From positions 248,001-312,000 of the forward strand of contig JASANG010000641.1 of NCBI GenBank assembly GCA_030248215.1: 64,000 nucleotides of DNA. The letters are read 5' to 3'. The notes under the pieces were generated by a model that saw nothing but the letters and a program-made list of their open reading frames with translations, had not been told where the DNA came from and did not search any database. The position numbers and the translations under genes are program-made. The DNA is from Enoplolaimus lenunculus. Lineage: Eukaryota. Positions 62,451-64,000 of the stretch are shown piece after piece; within the stretch, counting starts at the first letter, position 1, and every line of letters begins with the position of its first letter.

Positions 62451-63996
62451 ATGACAACTGAATTTGATTATATTGTGGTTGGTGCTGGATGCGAAGGCTC
62501 AGCGACCGCGTATCAGTTGGCACGCAGAGGTCATAAAGTGTTACTGCTTGAACAGGTAAACATCGATGTATGTTCCATTTTGCATAAGCCTACTGGAAAG
62601 CTTTGTATGTTACAATGTTAATGTTTTATCACATGAATATTTTTCAATTTCATCTCAGATTTATAATTTCATGGTAGTATTCGAACTCCAGTCTCACGGA
62701 TGGGAGGCGTTTACTGTGACTACTAAGGTGTAGGAGCATGACGCTCGAGTCAAAGAAGTTTTAACACTTTTGAGGAGATTTAAAATCCACTCACAGTGCC
62801 TGTATTGCTCGTACATAATTTGTTTTTTATTTCTCATGGTGTACATACTCTTTGATTGGAAAGGGTGGTACATACTATTATTGAAAATTTTCCAACTAAT
62901 TTTTTCTCACATGATCATCAGATTCATCTCAGACTTAATTTCATGGTAACATTCGAACCCCCAGTCTCTCAGGTAGGAGGCGTTCACGATGGACACTCAT
63001 ACGTTTTGTGGTGATTCTACACTGCGTATATAGTTTAAAATTGTTAAACACTGATCACAGGGTCTGTATTGGTCGTATATTCTTTGTATTTAGTTCTTCA
63101 TAGCATAGTTGGCCCATGTATAGAACAAGGCTGGAACAGTGGTACAAGCATATTCCTAAGCCTAAGCTATGCCTAAGCCTAAGCAAAATAGTAAGTCTAA
63201 GGCTTAAACTGACTCTATTAACAGCCCCGCCGGAAAACGATCCGGCCCTGTTCTATACATGGGCGGCATAGTCTTCGAGTGAAGTTCAGTTTTTGGTAGG
63301 TTTTAGTAAAAGTGCTACAGTGCCTACTTTCAAATTATTTTCTGATTACACATAATATTAATTACTAAATTTTGCGCTGTTGGCAAATGGTTAATATCAG
63401 GGCCAGATTAAGGTGATGGGAGGCCTGGGGCCCATAGAGCTAGCAGGCAGGTATCGACCGGATATCCGGTTCCGACATATCGAAATATTAGATATTTTGC
63501 ACCGACTGCAATTCCGGGCAAGTCAGGAATGGACACTGACATTCAGATTGCAACCGGAATTCCCATTAAGATTAGAATTCTGGCTCAAAACGAGTTCCGA
63601 TTCCGATTCCGATTGCACAATCAATGGGAATGGTAATTTTGAAATTTAATTTTAATCTTACTTTTTGTGATACATTGCATAAGTTGACTTACAAGCTGGG
63701 TTGAAAATTTTGCTAGGAAGAGGCCAAAATTTTTCCAAGGTGAGCTGAACACCTCTCATGGTCCCCCTGGACTACGGCCCGCCTTCAAAGTATCCGTCGA
63801 TGTTTCAATTTAATTCCTAATTGTTTTTTGTTTATTGATTATAGTTTTCACTTCCAACAACACGTGGAAGTTCGCATGGTCCAAGCCGAATAACGCGAAG
63901 GGCGTACGAGCAAAACACAGTGTACACTCAAATGATGGAAGATGCGTTTCGTGAATGGGAAAATTTAGAAAAACAAACCAATACTAAATTATACCA
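62451..63996 (+). CDS. PIPOX: Peroxisomal sarcosine oxidase / L-pipecolate oxidase, first two exons (3'-truncated)
   Basis: Exon 62451-62555: MTTEFDYIVVGAGCEGSATAYQLARRGHKVLLLEQ (FAD-binding GxGxxG). Exon 63845-63996: FSLPTTRGSSHGPSRITRRAY...WENLEKQT, with the MSOX/PIPOX RGSSHG.SRI.R.AY motif. GT-AG junctions are in phase. Confidence 0.92.
62620..63060. mobile_element. Two tandem degenerate copies of the tRNA-box-carrying element in PIPOX intron 1
   Basis: TCACATGA...ATTCGAAC(T/C)CCAGTCTC..GGAGGCGTT occurs twice (~62620-62790 and ~62900-63060). Confidence 0.55.
63111..63264. mobile_element. MITE, TTAGGC-carrying family
   Basis: GGCCCATGTATAGAACA / TGTTCTATACATGGGC TIR; internal (CCTAAG)n. 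Confidence 0.8.
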
Positions 63997-64000
63997 GTAA

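Overview
This is eukaryotic animal genomic DNA: AT-rich, with GT-AG introns and many TTTCAG/TTTTAG acceptors. It is most consistent with a nematode or close relative, given the TTAGGC repeats inside its MITEs and a SWIP-10/MBLAC1-like gene; the taxon is an inference. I assembled four spliced genes by hand. (1) + strand 3..10980: a 5'-truncated BMP type II receptor kinase (BMPR2/wishful-thinking-like) with 14 visible exons. It has extra ectodomain cysteines, a ~90-aa insertion in the kinase beta4-beta5 loop, an altered P+1 loop and a predicted 14-nt frame-setting microexon in the tail. (2) - strand 26965..18174: a ~1906-aa, MGxxxS (myristoylation-motif), apparently domain-less low-complexity protein with short signalling motifs. 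(3) - strand 57004..47548: a ~1685-aa predicted secreted Q/N-rich protein ending in an MBLAC1-type metallo-beta-lactamase fold. Six of its seven metal ligands are replaced, four of them by Arg, so it is a likely pseudoenzyme; this is the strongest novelty candidate. (4) + strand from 62451: the first two exons of a PIPOX/sarcosine oxidase gene. Introns and the ~20-kb gene-free interval (27-47.5 kb) are dense in non-autonomous DNA transposons (hAT-, PIF/Harbinger-, Tc1/mariner- and piggyBac-like). They include a family carrying telomere-like TTAGGC repeats and a piggyBac-like family carrying tRNA A/B boxes. There is also a 13 x 31-bp minisatellite. No CRISPR array, rRNA or intact transposase was found. 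All gene models are manual and lack transcript evidence.
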